Part shown: positions 1 through 11,700 of the stretch, piece by piece | How the letters are laid out: every line of letters begins with the position of its first letter | Position numbering within the stretch: the first letter of the stretch is position 1 | Origin: Macrostomum lignano | Lineage: Eukaryota | DNA length: 64,000 bases | Direction: 5' to 3' | Assembly (NCBI GenBank): GCA_002269645.1 | Contig: NIVC01000010.1 | Coordinates: 806,001 to 870,000, forward strand | Made by a program: the position numbers and the translations under genes | The notes under the pieces: generated by a model | Seen by the model: only the letters and a program-made list of their open reading frames with translations | The model's database searches: none | Told to the model about the DNA's origin: nothing

Positions 1-75
1 GGTTAGCGAAATGGGCGGCAACGCCTCCTCGCTGTTTCCGGACGCACGGAGCCCCCTGCAGCTAAGTCAAGTAAG
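1..75 (+). mobile_element. 3' fragment of a SINE related to the SINE at 9629-9997, inside a GTF3C1 intron
   Basis: gcgaaatgggcggcaacgcctcctcgc...cccctgcagctaa resembles gcggaatgggcagtaatgcctctcgc...ccccctgcctctaa in the 3' half of the 9629-9997 element. Confidence 0.45.
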
Positions 76-270
76 TCCTTACAACTCCCATCTCTTCCCA
101 CATCTCATCTCTTTCCACATCTAATCTCTCCTCATATCTCATCTCATCTCTCCTCAAATCTCATATTTCCCTATCTCTTCTCTAACCGTGATCTAAATCA
201 TACGCATCTCGTTTCACCACTTATTGTTAATTATTAGATAATAGACAGTCCATAGTTAATAACTACTTAC

Positions 271-3200
271 ATCTGGCTTATTCGACTCATTCAGTTGAGC
301 AGGAGCAGTGAGCCGGCCAGCATTAGCAGCAAGCTCAGCTACAGGCATTCTAACCGTTACTAACTTCAACCGCCCATGCAAGGTCAGCCAATCCAAACTC
401 TTAACCAGCGCCTTCGGCAAGGTGTCATATTGATTGGCTCTCTTCGGCGAGCCATTCCTCGAGTCCAGCTGCTTAGCCAGATCGTTTAATTCGGTTATTG
501 GACAGATTTTGTGCTTGACAAAGTGTCGGTAAACTCGCTGATGACTGAAGCTGGGATGAAGCGAACTGACACTCGGCTGCTTGTGTCTCTGCTTTGACAG
601 CGGAGGTGGTGCCAATGGCCGTTTGAATTCTGACTGCGGTTCAATGTCAAGATCTATGTCGACATTGGATGATGGGGCGGTGGCGGCTGAGGCTGAGGCA
701 GGGGAGCTGGCAGCTTTGTATGCCGATTGCAGAGAAATCGCGCGGTAGCTGGAACAGTTATTAATGGATTAATTATTGATTCAAGATAACAGTGTTAGTT
801 TAGTCTTATTCATAAGTTATTAAACCCATGTGCCATTTCTTCAAACCCATGTGCCATTTCTTCAAACCCATGTGCCATTTCTTCAAACCCATATGCCATT
901 TCTTTAAACCCATATGCCATTTCTTTAAACCCAAATGCCATTTCTTCAAACCCATGTGCCATTTCTTTAAACCCAAATGCCATTTCTTTAAACCCAAATG
1001 CCATTTCTTCAAACCCATATGCCATTTCTTCAAACCCATATGCCATTTCTTCAAACCCATGTGCCATTTCTTCAAACCCATGTGCCATTTCTTCAAACCC
1101 ATGTGCCATTTCTTCAAACCCATGTGCCATTTCTTCAAACCCATGTGCCATTTCTTCAAACCCATGCGCCATTTCTTCAAACCCATGTGCCATTTCTTTA
1201 AACCCATATGCCATTTCTTTAAACCCAAATGCCATTTCTTCAAATCCATATGCCATTTCTTCAAACCCATATGCCATTTCTTCAAACCCATGTGCCATTT
1301 CTTTAAACCCATATGCCATTTCTTTAAACCCAAATGCCATTTCTTCAAACCCATGCGCCATTTCTTCAAACCCATGTGCCATTTCTTCAAAGCCATGTGC
1401 CATTTCTTTAAACCCATGTGCCATTTCTTCAAACCCAAGTGCCATTTCTTCAAACCCATGTGCCATTTCTTCAAAGCCATGTGCCATTTCTTTAAACCCA
1501 TGTGCCATTTTAAAAAATCAAAGTGGCCTTATTTAAACTATAATGTGCCATTCTTGAACTTGAACCAATGTTTTCTTGTGAAATGCATCATTCTAGTCAG
1601 TTAATTATCACTTCTAAATAAATACCTTATGTCATTTATACTTATACCTACGGACAACCCATTTTACTAAATGGATAAAAAACAGCCCCCATTATAAAAC
1701 ACAACAGAAAACTTTTAAGAAGCATTACTAGTCAACAGACTCCACCGAGCAAAGATGCCGCTTGCACAGCCAGGCCAAGTTAGACCGAGTTTCCGCTAAC
1801 GAATGGCAGCCAAATGCTAAGCTGTCCTGTATCGCTTTAGCGGAGCACGCTGATTTGTCAGAGAGGCCAGCCAATAGCTGACTGCGAAGGGGCAGCGATT
1901 CGTCTAGCAGGCGCAGCTTACGGCCACCGGCTTGACTCTCGATGGCGCCGACTGCTGCGGGATGGGGGGGGGGCATTGAGGATCTGGGAGGCTGGCCCAG
2001 CAACTAAGGATCTGGGAGGCTGGCCCAGCAACTAAGGATCTGGGAGGCTGGCCCAGCAACTAAGGATCTGGGAGGCTGGCCCAGCAACTAAGGATCTGGG
2101 AGGCTGGCCCAGCAACTAAGGATCTGGGAGGCTGGCCCAGCAACTGAGGATCTGGGAGGCTGGCCCAGCAACTAAGGATCTGGGAGGCTGGCCCAGCAAC
2201 TAAGGATCTGGGAGGCTGGCCCAGCAACCGAGGATCTGGGAGGCTGGTCCAGCAACTGATACCCTGAAAGGCTGGCCCAGCAACTGAGGATCTGGGAGGC
2301 TGGCCCAGCAACTAAGGATCTGGGAAGCTGGCCCAGCAACTGATACTCTGAAAGGCTGGCCCAGCAACCGAGGATCTGGGAGGCTGGCCCAGCAACTGAG
2401 CATCTGGGAGGCTGGCCCAGCAACTGAGCATCTGGGAGGCTGGCCCAGCAACTGAGCATCTGGGAGGCTGGCCCAGCAACTGAGCATCTGGGAGGCTGAC
2501 CCAGCAACTAAGGATCTGGGAGGCTGGCCCAGCAACTGAGGATCAGGTTAGAAGGGTGTCCCCACTCACCCGCAGTGCTGTCAGTGCCTCTGCCAGCCGC
2601 AGCAGCTGCAACAGAGGCAGTAGTATTCGAAGGCGCAAACTTGGTCAGCCAGAATCGCCTATCAGACAGCGGCTCCGCTGCACTACTAGCAGTAGTCTGA
2701 GCGCAGCAATTCCGAGTGATTAGCAAGCCAAGACGGACCAGCCGATCAATGACTGCATCAGGACTGCTGCTCAACTCAGCAGTTGCAGCCACTTGTCTAA
2801 CTGGCACCCCAGTGTGCCCAGCAGCCCCAGCCAATTCCAATACCGACCAACAGTCGGAATCGACCTCGTTGCCAAAAACGCTAAATTGTCGGCGGCGAAC
2901 CGATTCGCTAGCGACCAGTACAATAATGCTAGCAGATAAACTTGCATTGTCCTCAATACGCAGCAGGCTAGCTAAAGGTATTGCAGTTCTGGATTTTTGG
3001 CTGGTTGAGTCGCTCAGCTGATAGGCGGCGAGTTCGCTTGATGGCGCTCTGTGATGTGGATAGTCATTTATTGCGAGGCTGTCATTGGTTCCCTGATATA
3101 CCTTCATTAACCAGATGTGGCTAAACCCTATTCACAAATCTGTAGTCCCTATTCACAAATCTGTAGTCCCTATTCACAAATCTGTAGTCCCTATTCACAA

Positions 3201-4406
3201 ATCTGTAGTCCCTATTCACAAATCTGTAGTCCCTATTCACAAATCTGTAGTCCCTATTCACAAATCTGTAGTCCCTATTCACAAATCTGTAGTCCCTATT
3301 CACAAATCTGTAGTCCCTATTCACAAATCTGTAGTCCCTATTCACAAATCTGTAGTCCCTATTCACAAATCTGTAATCCCTATTCACAAATCTGTAATCC
3401 CTATTCACAAATCTGTAGTCCCTATTCACAAATCTGTAGTCCCTATTCACAAATCTGTAGTCCCTATTCACAAATCTGTAATCCCTATTCACAAATCTGT
3501 AATTCCTTCACAAATCTGTAATCCCATTCACAAATCTGTAATCCCTATTCACAAATCTATAATCCTATTCACAAATCTGTAGTCCCTATTCACAAATCTG
3601 TAATCCCTATTCCTAAATCTATAATTCCTATTCACAAATCTGTAGTCCCTATTCACAAATCTGTAGTCCCTATTCACAAATCTGTAATCCCTATTCCTAA
3701 ATCTATAATTCCTATTCACAAATCTGTAGTCCCTATTCCCAAATCTGTAATCCCTATTCACAAATCTGTAATCCCTATTCACAAATCTGTAATCCCTATT
3801 CACAAATCTGTAATCCCTATTCACAAATCTGTAGCTCGTAATCCTAATTCACAAATCTGTAGTCCCTATTCCCAAATCTGTAGTCCCTATTCACAAATCT
3901 GTAGTCCCTATTCCCAAATCTGTAATCCCTATTCACAAATCTGTAATCCCTATTCACAAATCTGTAATCCCTATTCACAAATCTGTAATCCCTATTCACA
4001 AATCTGTAATCCCTATTCACAAATCTGTAGCTCGTAATCCTAATTCACAAATCTGTAGTCCCTATTCACAAATCTGTAGCTCGAAATCCTAATTCACAAA
4101 TCTGTAATCCGTAAACGCTCGTAATTTTATTATCCATCCAAAATCAAGCATATAGTCAAGTTACCTGGCAATGGCAGTCAGAATAAAATTTCGAACATTT
4201 GCTTCCAGTTTAGAAGTTTGCTTCTGCAACTGTCTCGAGTTGAATCGAGTCAAAAGTCTCGACCAGAGGCAATCTAAACTCAGTCCGTGGGAGCCGCCAG
4301 CCAATGCAATTTCTTCCAAAGCGGCGATGTAGTAGTTCTCTGGTTGGAACAGCTGTTGTTGGTCAAATTCTGGCACCACCGCATTTGCAGCGGTGTCAGA
4401 CAACAT
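271..4406 (-). CDS. GTF3C1: General transcription factor IIIC subunit 1-like (B-block binding), 5' part; continues beyond the left edge
   Basis: Exons 4406-4165, 3120-2570, 1954-1729 and 748-271 have GT-AG ends and consistent phases (2,1,2,0). N-terminal ALEEIALAGGSHGLSLDCLWSRLLTR resembles human GTF3C1 [25 protein letters not shown]. Exon 2 has IIVLVASESVRRR...CWSVLELAG...RLGLLITR, like IIVASQAMRYR...YCILERLG...KNGLITMQ. Confidence 0.8.
822..1510. repeat. Intronic minisatellite, 21-bp unit aaacccatgtgccatttcttc, about 33 copies
   Basis: Direct tandem periodicity inside GTF3C1 intron 749-1728. Confidence 0.97.
1977..2545. repeat. Intronic minisatellite, 28-bp unit gatctgggaggctggcccagcaactgag, about 20 copies
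   Basis: Fills GTF3C1 intron 1955-2569 except for about 25 nt at each end; the same unit recurs at 60222-60680. Confidence 0.97.
3126..4110. repeat. Intronic minisatellite, 21-bp unit cctattcacaaatctgtagtc, about 46 copies
   Basis: Fills GTF3C1 intron 3121-4164 and ends 5-6 nt from the 3' splice site. Confidence 0.97.
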
Positions 4407-5050
4407 CTGGCTACTTATAGTAGCACTGCTAGTTTAGAATAAACTTTACCGAGATTCTTACGGCAGAAAATACAAAAAGCAACAATGCGTAGTTAAGCTT
4501 CATTGAAAGCATAATATAAATTATAATGGCTAGAATCGTTCAAGCTACTGACTAATCAAAGTAGTGTGAATTGACAAAATCTTAAAACAAAGAAACACGT
4601 ATTTTATAAAAGTGACACCCTACAATCTAGGTGGACACTGACAACAAATTATTAATTTAATTTTTTTATCAAACCAAATTCACTGGATCGCGCAATCACA
4701 AATGATTTCCAGGGAATAATTTTTGTATCAAACTTTTGTAAACGTAGTAAATGTTATTTATTGTTTGATAAATTTGAAAAAAAACATTCAGTTATTAACA
4801 AACTGCGATAGAAACCAGTGATAGATACAATACACTGCACTTACAGGGGCCAAGACACATACAATGACTATGAAGTCGAATTTAGAACAATGAAAAACTA
4901 AGGCAAATAGCTTAGCAATATGGGGGAAGTGCAGTATGCTTTTCCAACTGTACTTTTATTCAGTCAGAATATACTAGCTAACTATAGTATAAGCAGCACT
5001 TTTCCTTTTGAAAGAAAACAATACAGAATAACAAAACGATAGGATTATTC

Positions 5051-5333
5051 AGACAGCCAGACAGACAGCCAGACAGACAGCCGGACACTAAGACAGTCGG
5101 ACAGACAGACAGACAGACAGACAGACAGTCAGACAGACAGACAGACAGACAGTCAGACAGACAGACAGTCAGACAGACAGACAGTCAGACAGACAGTCAG
5201 ACAGACAGACAGACAGACAGACAGTCAGACAGACAGTCAGACAGACAGACAGTCAGACAGACAGTCAGACAGACAGACAGACAGTCAGACAGACAGTCAG
5301 ACAGACAGACAGACAGACAGTCAGACAGACAGT

Positions 5334-5371
<38 letters not shown>

Positions 5372-5397
5372 GTCAGACAGACAGTCAGACAGACAAA
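5051..5397. repeat. Compound tetranucleotide microsatellite (agac)n with interspersed agtc
   Basis: Direct inspection; lies between the PPIG-like stop codon and the GTF3C1 start. Confidence 0.97.
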
Positions 5398-5770
5398 CAA
5401 ATTAACATTAGGAATGCTAAGCCCATATTAAAGCATTAGCATAGAGCATCGCATAAAACTTAAAGCCAATTAAGTAAAAGCATTGGACGCACCGGCAAAA
5501 GGTGAGACAAAACTAAAATAGATTGAAAGGTGCGCTCAAACTCTAATAAGTTAGGTACACGAGACGCACACTTAGCTAGTGAATATAACTATATAAACAC
5601 TATAGATTAGGTTTGTCGCTGACCAGTGAGAGATAAACACACGCAGCCCAGTTCAGTGCCAGGAATAGCCACTCCATGAAGAGAAAAAATGCATTTTCAA
5701 ACTTATAGAAAATTACTATTACGAGCGTAATATATAATTTAATAAATGTTCCGCTTCTTAGCCTCTTGCC

Positions 5771-8700
5771 TCAATCAATCTTCGAACTGTTAGTGTTATT
5801 AGTGGCAGTTTTATTAGTAGTATTATCACCGCTACCATTTACTCCCTGTTTCAACCAGGCGCCAGTTTTGGCGCCACCGCCGGCGCCGGCGCTCTTCTGC
5901 TGCTGCCGACCGTGCCGGAAACGTTCGGCGCGTCGTTTCGCTTCAGACGATGTTGACGAACCGCTGCTGCCGGACGAAGAACTGTTCGTCGAAGAGGTTG
6001 ACGAAGATGATGCTGAGGATGACGAAGAGTCGGATGATGAAGAACGGCCAGACGAGGATCCCGACGAAGATGAAGAAGCCTTCCTGCGCCGATCGCTGTA
6101 CCTTTCTGGCACTGATTTCTTCATAGTAGCATTCGGCTTTGCCTTGCTGTCGTCTTTCTTTGCTGAGGAAGAAGCCGAAGACGAGGCTGACGAAGAGCTT
6201 GAAGAAGATGCCGACCTGCGCCGCTTTTGCTTTTCCTGCGCCGTCGTTGATTTGTTAGCCGGCTTTTGTCGATTTCTATCGCGCGAAATTGGCGACAAAG
6301 ACTTGCGACGATTAATCGGCGACCTTCGACGATCGACTGGCGACCTTTGACGGTCAACGGGCGACCTTCGACGCTCAACAGGCGACCTTCGAGGGTCAAC
6401 GGGCGACCTTCGACGGTTAACGGGCGACATTCGACGGTCAACGGGCGACCTTCGACGGTCAACGGGCGACCTTCGACGGTCAACGGGCGACCTTCGATGG
6501 TCAACGGGCGATCTTCGACGGTCAACAGGCGACCTTCGACGGTAAATGGGCGACCGTCGACGGTTAACAGGCGATCTTCGACGGTCAACGGGCGACCTTC
6601 GACGGTCAACGGGCGATCGCTGTCGACGCGTTGTTGCTGGAGAGTTTCGACGATAAGCGGGAATTCTGTTGCGACGAAATTCGGGCGATTTTTGGCGCTC
6701 AAGGGACCGTTTCCCTCGATCAGAAGGTGAACGGGATCGACGACCCACCGGTGATTTGCGACGCTGAACCGGTGACTTGCTGCGATCAACCGGTGATTTG
6801 CGACGCTGAACCGGTGATTTGCTGCGATTACGACGCTGAACCGGTGATTTGCTGCGATTAACCGGTGATTTGCGACGCTGCACCGGTGATTTGCTACGAT
6901 CAACCGGTGATTTACGACGCTGAACCGGTGATTTGCGACGCTGCACCGGTGATTTCCTGCGATCAACCGGCGATTTGTGACGCTGAACCGGTGATTTGCT
7001 GCGATCAAGCGGTGATTTGCGACGCTGCACCGGTGATTTGCGACGCTGCACCGGTGATTTGCTGCGATTAACCGGCGATTTGCGACGCTGAACCGGTGAT
7101 TTGCTGCGATAAACCGGTGATTTACGACGCTGAACCGGTGATTTGCTGCGATTAACCGGCGATTTGCGACGCTGAACCGGTGATTTGCTGCGATAAACCG
7201 GTGATTTACGACGCTGAACCGGTGATTTGCTGCGATTAACCGGTGATTTGTGACGCTGCACCGGTGATTTGCTGCGATCAACCGGCGATTTGTGACGCTG
7301 AACCGGTGATTTGTGACGCTGAACCGGTGATTTGTGACGCTGAACCGGTGATTTGCTGCGATAAACCGGTGATTTACGACGCTGAACCGGTGATTTGCTG
7401 CGATTAACCGGTGATTTGCGACGCTGCACCGGTGATTTGCTGCGATTAACCGGCGATTTGCGACGCTGAACCGGTGATTTGCTGCGATTAACCGGTGATT
7501 TGCTGCGATCAACCGGTGATTTACGACGCTGAACCGGTGATTTGCTGCGATAAACCGGTGATTTGCTGCGATCAACCGGTGATTTGCGACGCTGAACCGG
7601 TGATTTGCTGCGATTACGACGCTGAACTGGTGATTTGCTGCGATCAACCGGTGATTTGCGACGCTGAACCGGTGATTTGCTGCGATCAACCGGTGATTTG
7701 CGACGCTGAACCGGTGATTTGCGACGCTGAACCGGTGATTTGCTGCGATTAACCGGTGATTTGCGACGCGGAAAAGAAGACTTTTGCCTTTCAAAAGGCG
7801 ATTTGCGTCTCTCAACCATTGATTTGATTTGCGGAACCGGTGATGTGCGTCGATTAACCGGTGATGTGTGCCGATTAACCGGTGATGCACGTCGATTAAC
7901 CGGTGATGCGCGTCGTTCAATCGATGATTTCAGCTTCTCAAATGGCGACATCTGACGCTCGCCAACAGCAACATATCGATGCTCTATTGGAGACTTTCTA
8001 CCGCGACTGGACCCTGGTGACGGTCTGAGCTCATCTTCTGGCGATCTGCTGCGCTGCTCCATCCGCGATTTAATGACGCGTCGCTCGTTATTGGCATCAG
8101 GCGACCTCGACTCATTATTATTCCTTCGTTCTATCGACACAAGCCGGCGCTCCGAAGGCGACGGGCGACGAATTCGTTTACTAGCACCAGTCGATCGGTC
8201 AGCACCGTCGCGATCAATATCAGGCGATAATTCTCTTCTAGTTCGTCGAATAACCCGACGCCGCTCCTCCGGCTCCTGAGGTGCTGCTCTGTCCCGACTA
8301 GACAATCGACGGTCGACGCCGCTGCCGCTACGTCGACGCTGTCGTTTTGCCGGCGGAGGCGACGTACCAGCAGGGGCAGCCGGTTTAAGAGGCCTTTCTT
8401 CCGCTTGCTGCGTGTCGCCCTCGACGTCCTTGGCCGCCGAGGCAGTCTTTGATGGCGTTGTTGGCTCGCCGTCGGTTAACCCAAGATCGCGATCTCTGCA
8501 ACGAATCGAGAATCGAACATGAGTATGAGCATATGTGATAGTGGCAGAATTATAGTCAGTTAGAACCTAAGAGTAGTGACAGGCTCGTTTCACAAGATTG
8601 ATAGACTCGTTTGAGAAAATCTGTGGATGACAAGCTCAGTTGAAAATTTAGGGTGAAAGACCCTTTTCAACCTGAAAAAAGAGTGACAGATTCTTTTGAG

Positions 8701-11700
8701 AGAATCTAGAAGAGTGACATTTAAGAAAATCTGAAAGAGTGATAGGCTTGTTTAGAAAATCTAGGAGAGTGACAGACTCGTTTGAGATAATCTGGAAGAG
8801 TGACAGACTCGTTTGAGAGAATCTGGAAGAGTGACAGACTCGTTTGAGAGAATCTGGAAGAGTGACAGACTCGTTTAAGAGAATCTGAAAGAGTGACAGA
8901 CTCGTTTAAGAGAATCTGGAAGAGTGACAGACTCGTTTAAGAAAATCTGAAAGAGTGAGACTCGTTTAAGAAAATCTGAAAGAGTGACAGACTCATTTGA
9001 GAGAATCTGGAAGAGTGACAGACTCGTTTGAGAGAATCTGGAAGAGTGACAGACTCGTTTAAGAGAATCTGGAAGAGTGACAGACGCGTTTGAGAGAATC
9101 AGGAAGAGTGACAGACTCGTTTGATGAGCTTGAAATCTAGCTGTAGATTTCAATATCCACCCCCTTTACCTTCGCTTCGATCCCGCGGGAGCCAGAATCT
9201 CCAAAATATCGGAATCATAATTCTGATCGTCGCCAAGCAGTTCGATCTGAGGCTCATCGTCCGAGTTCAGGCTTCGGTCGACCGATCCGGATGGCCGACG
9301 CTTCGACTGCGAATCGTCCTCAGATTGACCGTTATAATTGGCGTCCTTGGACTTGTCCGCGGATTTCTGATCTCGTCTAAATTTTATAAAAATTTATATA
9401 AAATTAAAAACTTAAGCAGTATTACATAACTTAATAAATAATAAAGTTACTAGAGATGCGATTTAAATTTCACTTACTGTTCATCTTCTTCTCGAGATCG
9501 TACAAACGTTTTTCTGCAATTTTAAATAAATATATACTACGCATTAGGAATTTTAAATTAACAGTGACTTTTCATTAAAACAACTAATAGTCCACACTAC
9601 TGTGAGATGTTTGAGCACTTTAAACCATTATTTTTTTTTATTAGAGGCAGGGGGGTTGTGTGCACCCTGGCGCAATTTAAGCGTCATTGGCACACAACCG
9701 GCGAGAGGCATTACTGCCCATTCCGCCGACTCCCCTGAGCAGGCATACAAGCGCGCGGATACGTTACGCAGGCACACACTCACACAGGAGTGTACAGCGG
9801 CCCTAACTTTATTTATTGTTAGGCATGTACACTTCACTGCGCCTTGGGGGGGGGGTTGGCTCTCAAGGCCGTTAATTGCACAAGCGAGCCAAGCCAAGAT
9901 TCCAATCCAGCCCCAAATTAATGTGGCTGCACTTGGAATCGAGCCTGGGTCGCGGCACACCAGAGCAGCTGCGCTACCGCTGGGCTACGGCCCCCCTCAC
10001 TTTAAACCATACTGAGGTGTCTGAGCACTCTGTGAGCCATGCTGAGGTGTCTGAGCACTTTAAGCCATACTGAGGTGTCTGTCCATCAACCAGACAAGAG
10101 CCATAATAAGGTGTCCACCCAGACAAGAGCCATACTAAGGTGTCCACCCGGACAAGAGCCATACTGAGGTGTCCACCCGGACAAGAGCCATACTGAGGTG
10201 TCTGTCCATCAACCAGACAAGAGCCATACTAAGGTGTCCACCCGGACAAGAGCCATACTGAGGTGTTCACCCGGACAAAAGCCATACTGAGGTGTTCACC
10301 CGGACAAGAGCCATACTGATGTGTCCACCCGGACAAGAGTCATACTGAGGTGTCCACCCGGACAAGAGCCATACTGATGTGTCCACCCGGACAAGAGCCA
10401 TACTGATGTGTCCACCCGGACAAGAGCCATACTGATGTGTCCACCCGGACAAGAGCCATACTGAGGTGTCCACCCGGACAAGAGCCATACTGAGGTGTTC
10501 ACCCGAACAAAAGCCATACTGAGGTGTTCACCCGGACAAGAGCCATACTGATGTGTCCACCCGGACAAGAGCCATACTGAGGTGTCTGTCCATCAACCAG
10601 ACAAGAGCCATACTAAGGTGTCCACCCAGACAAGAGCCATACTAAGGTGTCCACCCGGACAAGAGCCATACTGAGGTGTCCACCCAGACAAGAGCCATAC
10701 TAAGGTGTCCACCCGGACAAGAGCCATACTGAGGTGTCCACCCGGACAAGAGCCATACTGAGGTGTTCACCCGGACAAAAGCCATACTGAGGTGTCCACC
10801 CAGACAAGAGCCATACTAAGGTGTCCACCCGGACAAGAGCCATACTGAGGTGTCCACCCGGACAAGAGCCATACTGAGGTGTTCACCCGGACAAAAGCCA
10901 TACTGAGGTGTTCACCCGGACAAGAGCCATACTGATGTGTCCACCCGGACAAGAGCCATACTGAGGTGTCCACCCGGACAAGAGCCATACTGAGGTGTCC
11001 ACCCGGACAAGAGCCATACTGAGGTGCCCACCCGGACAAGAGCCATACTGAGGTGTTCACCACCCAGGCAATACTCAATGAGCTGCTCACTTTGGCCCCA
11101 AAGCGGCGGCAGCAGCTCCCGAGTCCCGATTGCGCTGATACTGACGCCAATCGTCGTCCGTCATCTTTTTCAGGCCGCGAGAAGCCGCTTTCCAGTGCGG
11201 CGGCGTGTCGTCGCCGGAAGAGGCGGACTGAGACTGGCCGCGGTAGCGCTGCGATGGTGATAGGAGTGGGTGGGTAGGGAGCAACGGTTGGTGGCGTAGG
11301 GTGCCTGAGGACAGGTGTCCGAGGACAGGGGTCTGAGAACACAGGCTCGTAGTGAGACAGGTGCCTGAGGACAGGTGTTTGAGGACAGGTGTCTGAGGAA
11401 AGGTGCTTTTCAGGACTTTTCAGCACAGGTGTCTGATAGTGAGACAGGTATGAAGACAGGAGTTGACACTAGAGATTTGAAGTAGATGAGGGCGCTGAAC
11501 TGAACCAAATTGAACAGAAACAACTCACCAGATTGCCTCGACCTTTGACCTTAAGTCCGCTGGCGTCGTTGCGAGCAAAACTTCGCCGTTGATTACTAGA
11601 ATAATGAAGCTCAGGTGATTCATTTCTACGCACTCTGCAAAATGTCAATGAGAATAAAGTTTTTTATCGATACATATAGGCGTATTTGGTAGTATTCGGA

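Noticed and set aside
1-75. Plus-strand exon ending at gtaagt (71)
   Set aside because: The sequence resembles the 3' part of the SINE family and lies in a GTF3C1 intron on the opposite strand.
5766-7920. Antisense and alternative-frame ORFs over the PPIG tail (5766-6350 +, 6121-7920 -, 6266-6730 +)
   Set aside because: Shadow frames of the low-complexity, repeat-coded exon, with no independent motifs.
9629-9997. tRNA gene calls at 9930-9997 and 61580-61651
   Set aside because: They have A/B boxes but no complete cloverleaf, and continue into SINE bodies with a tail or TSD.
1977-11058. 28-30-bp direct repeats as possible CRISPR arrays
   Set aside because: Units are head-to-tail with no unique spacers, there are no cas genes, and the context is eukaryotic introns.
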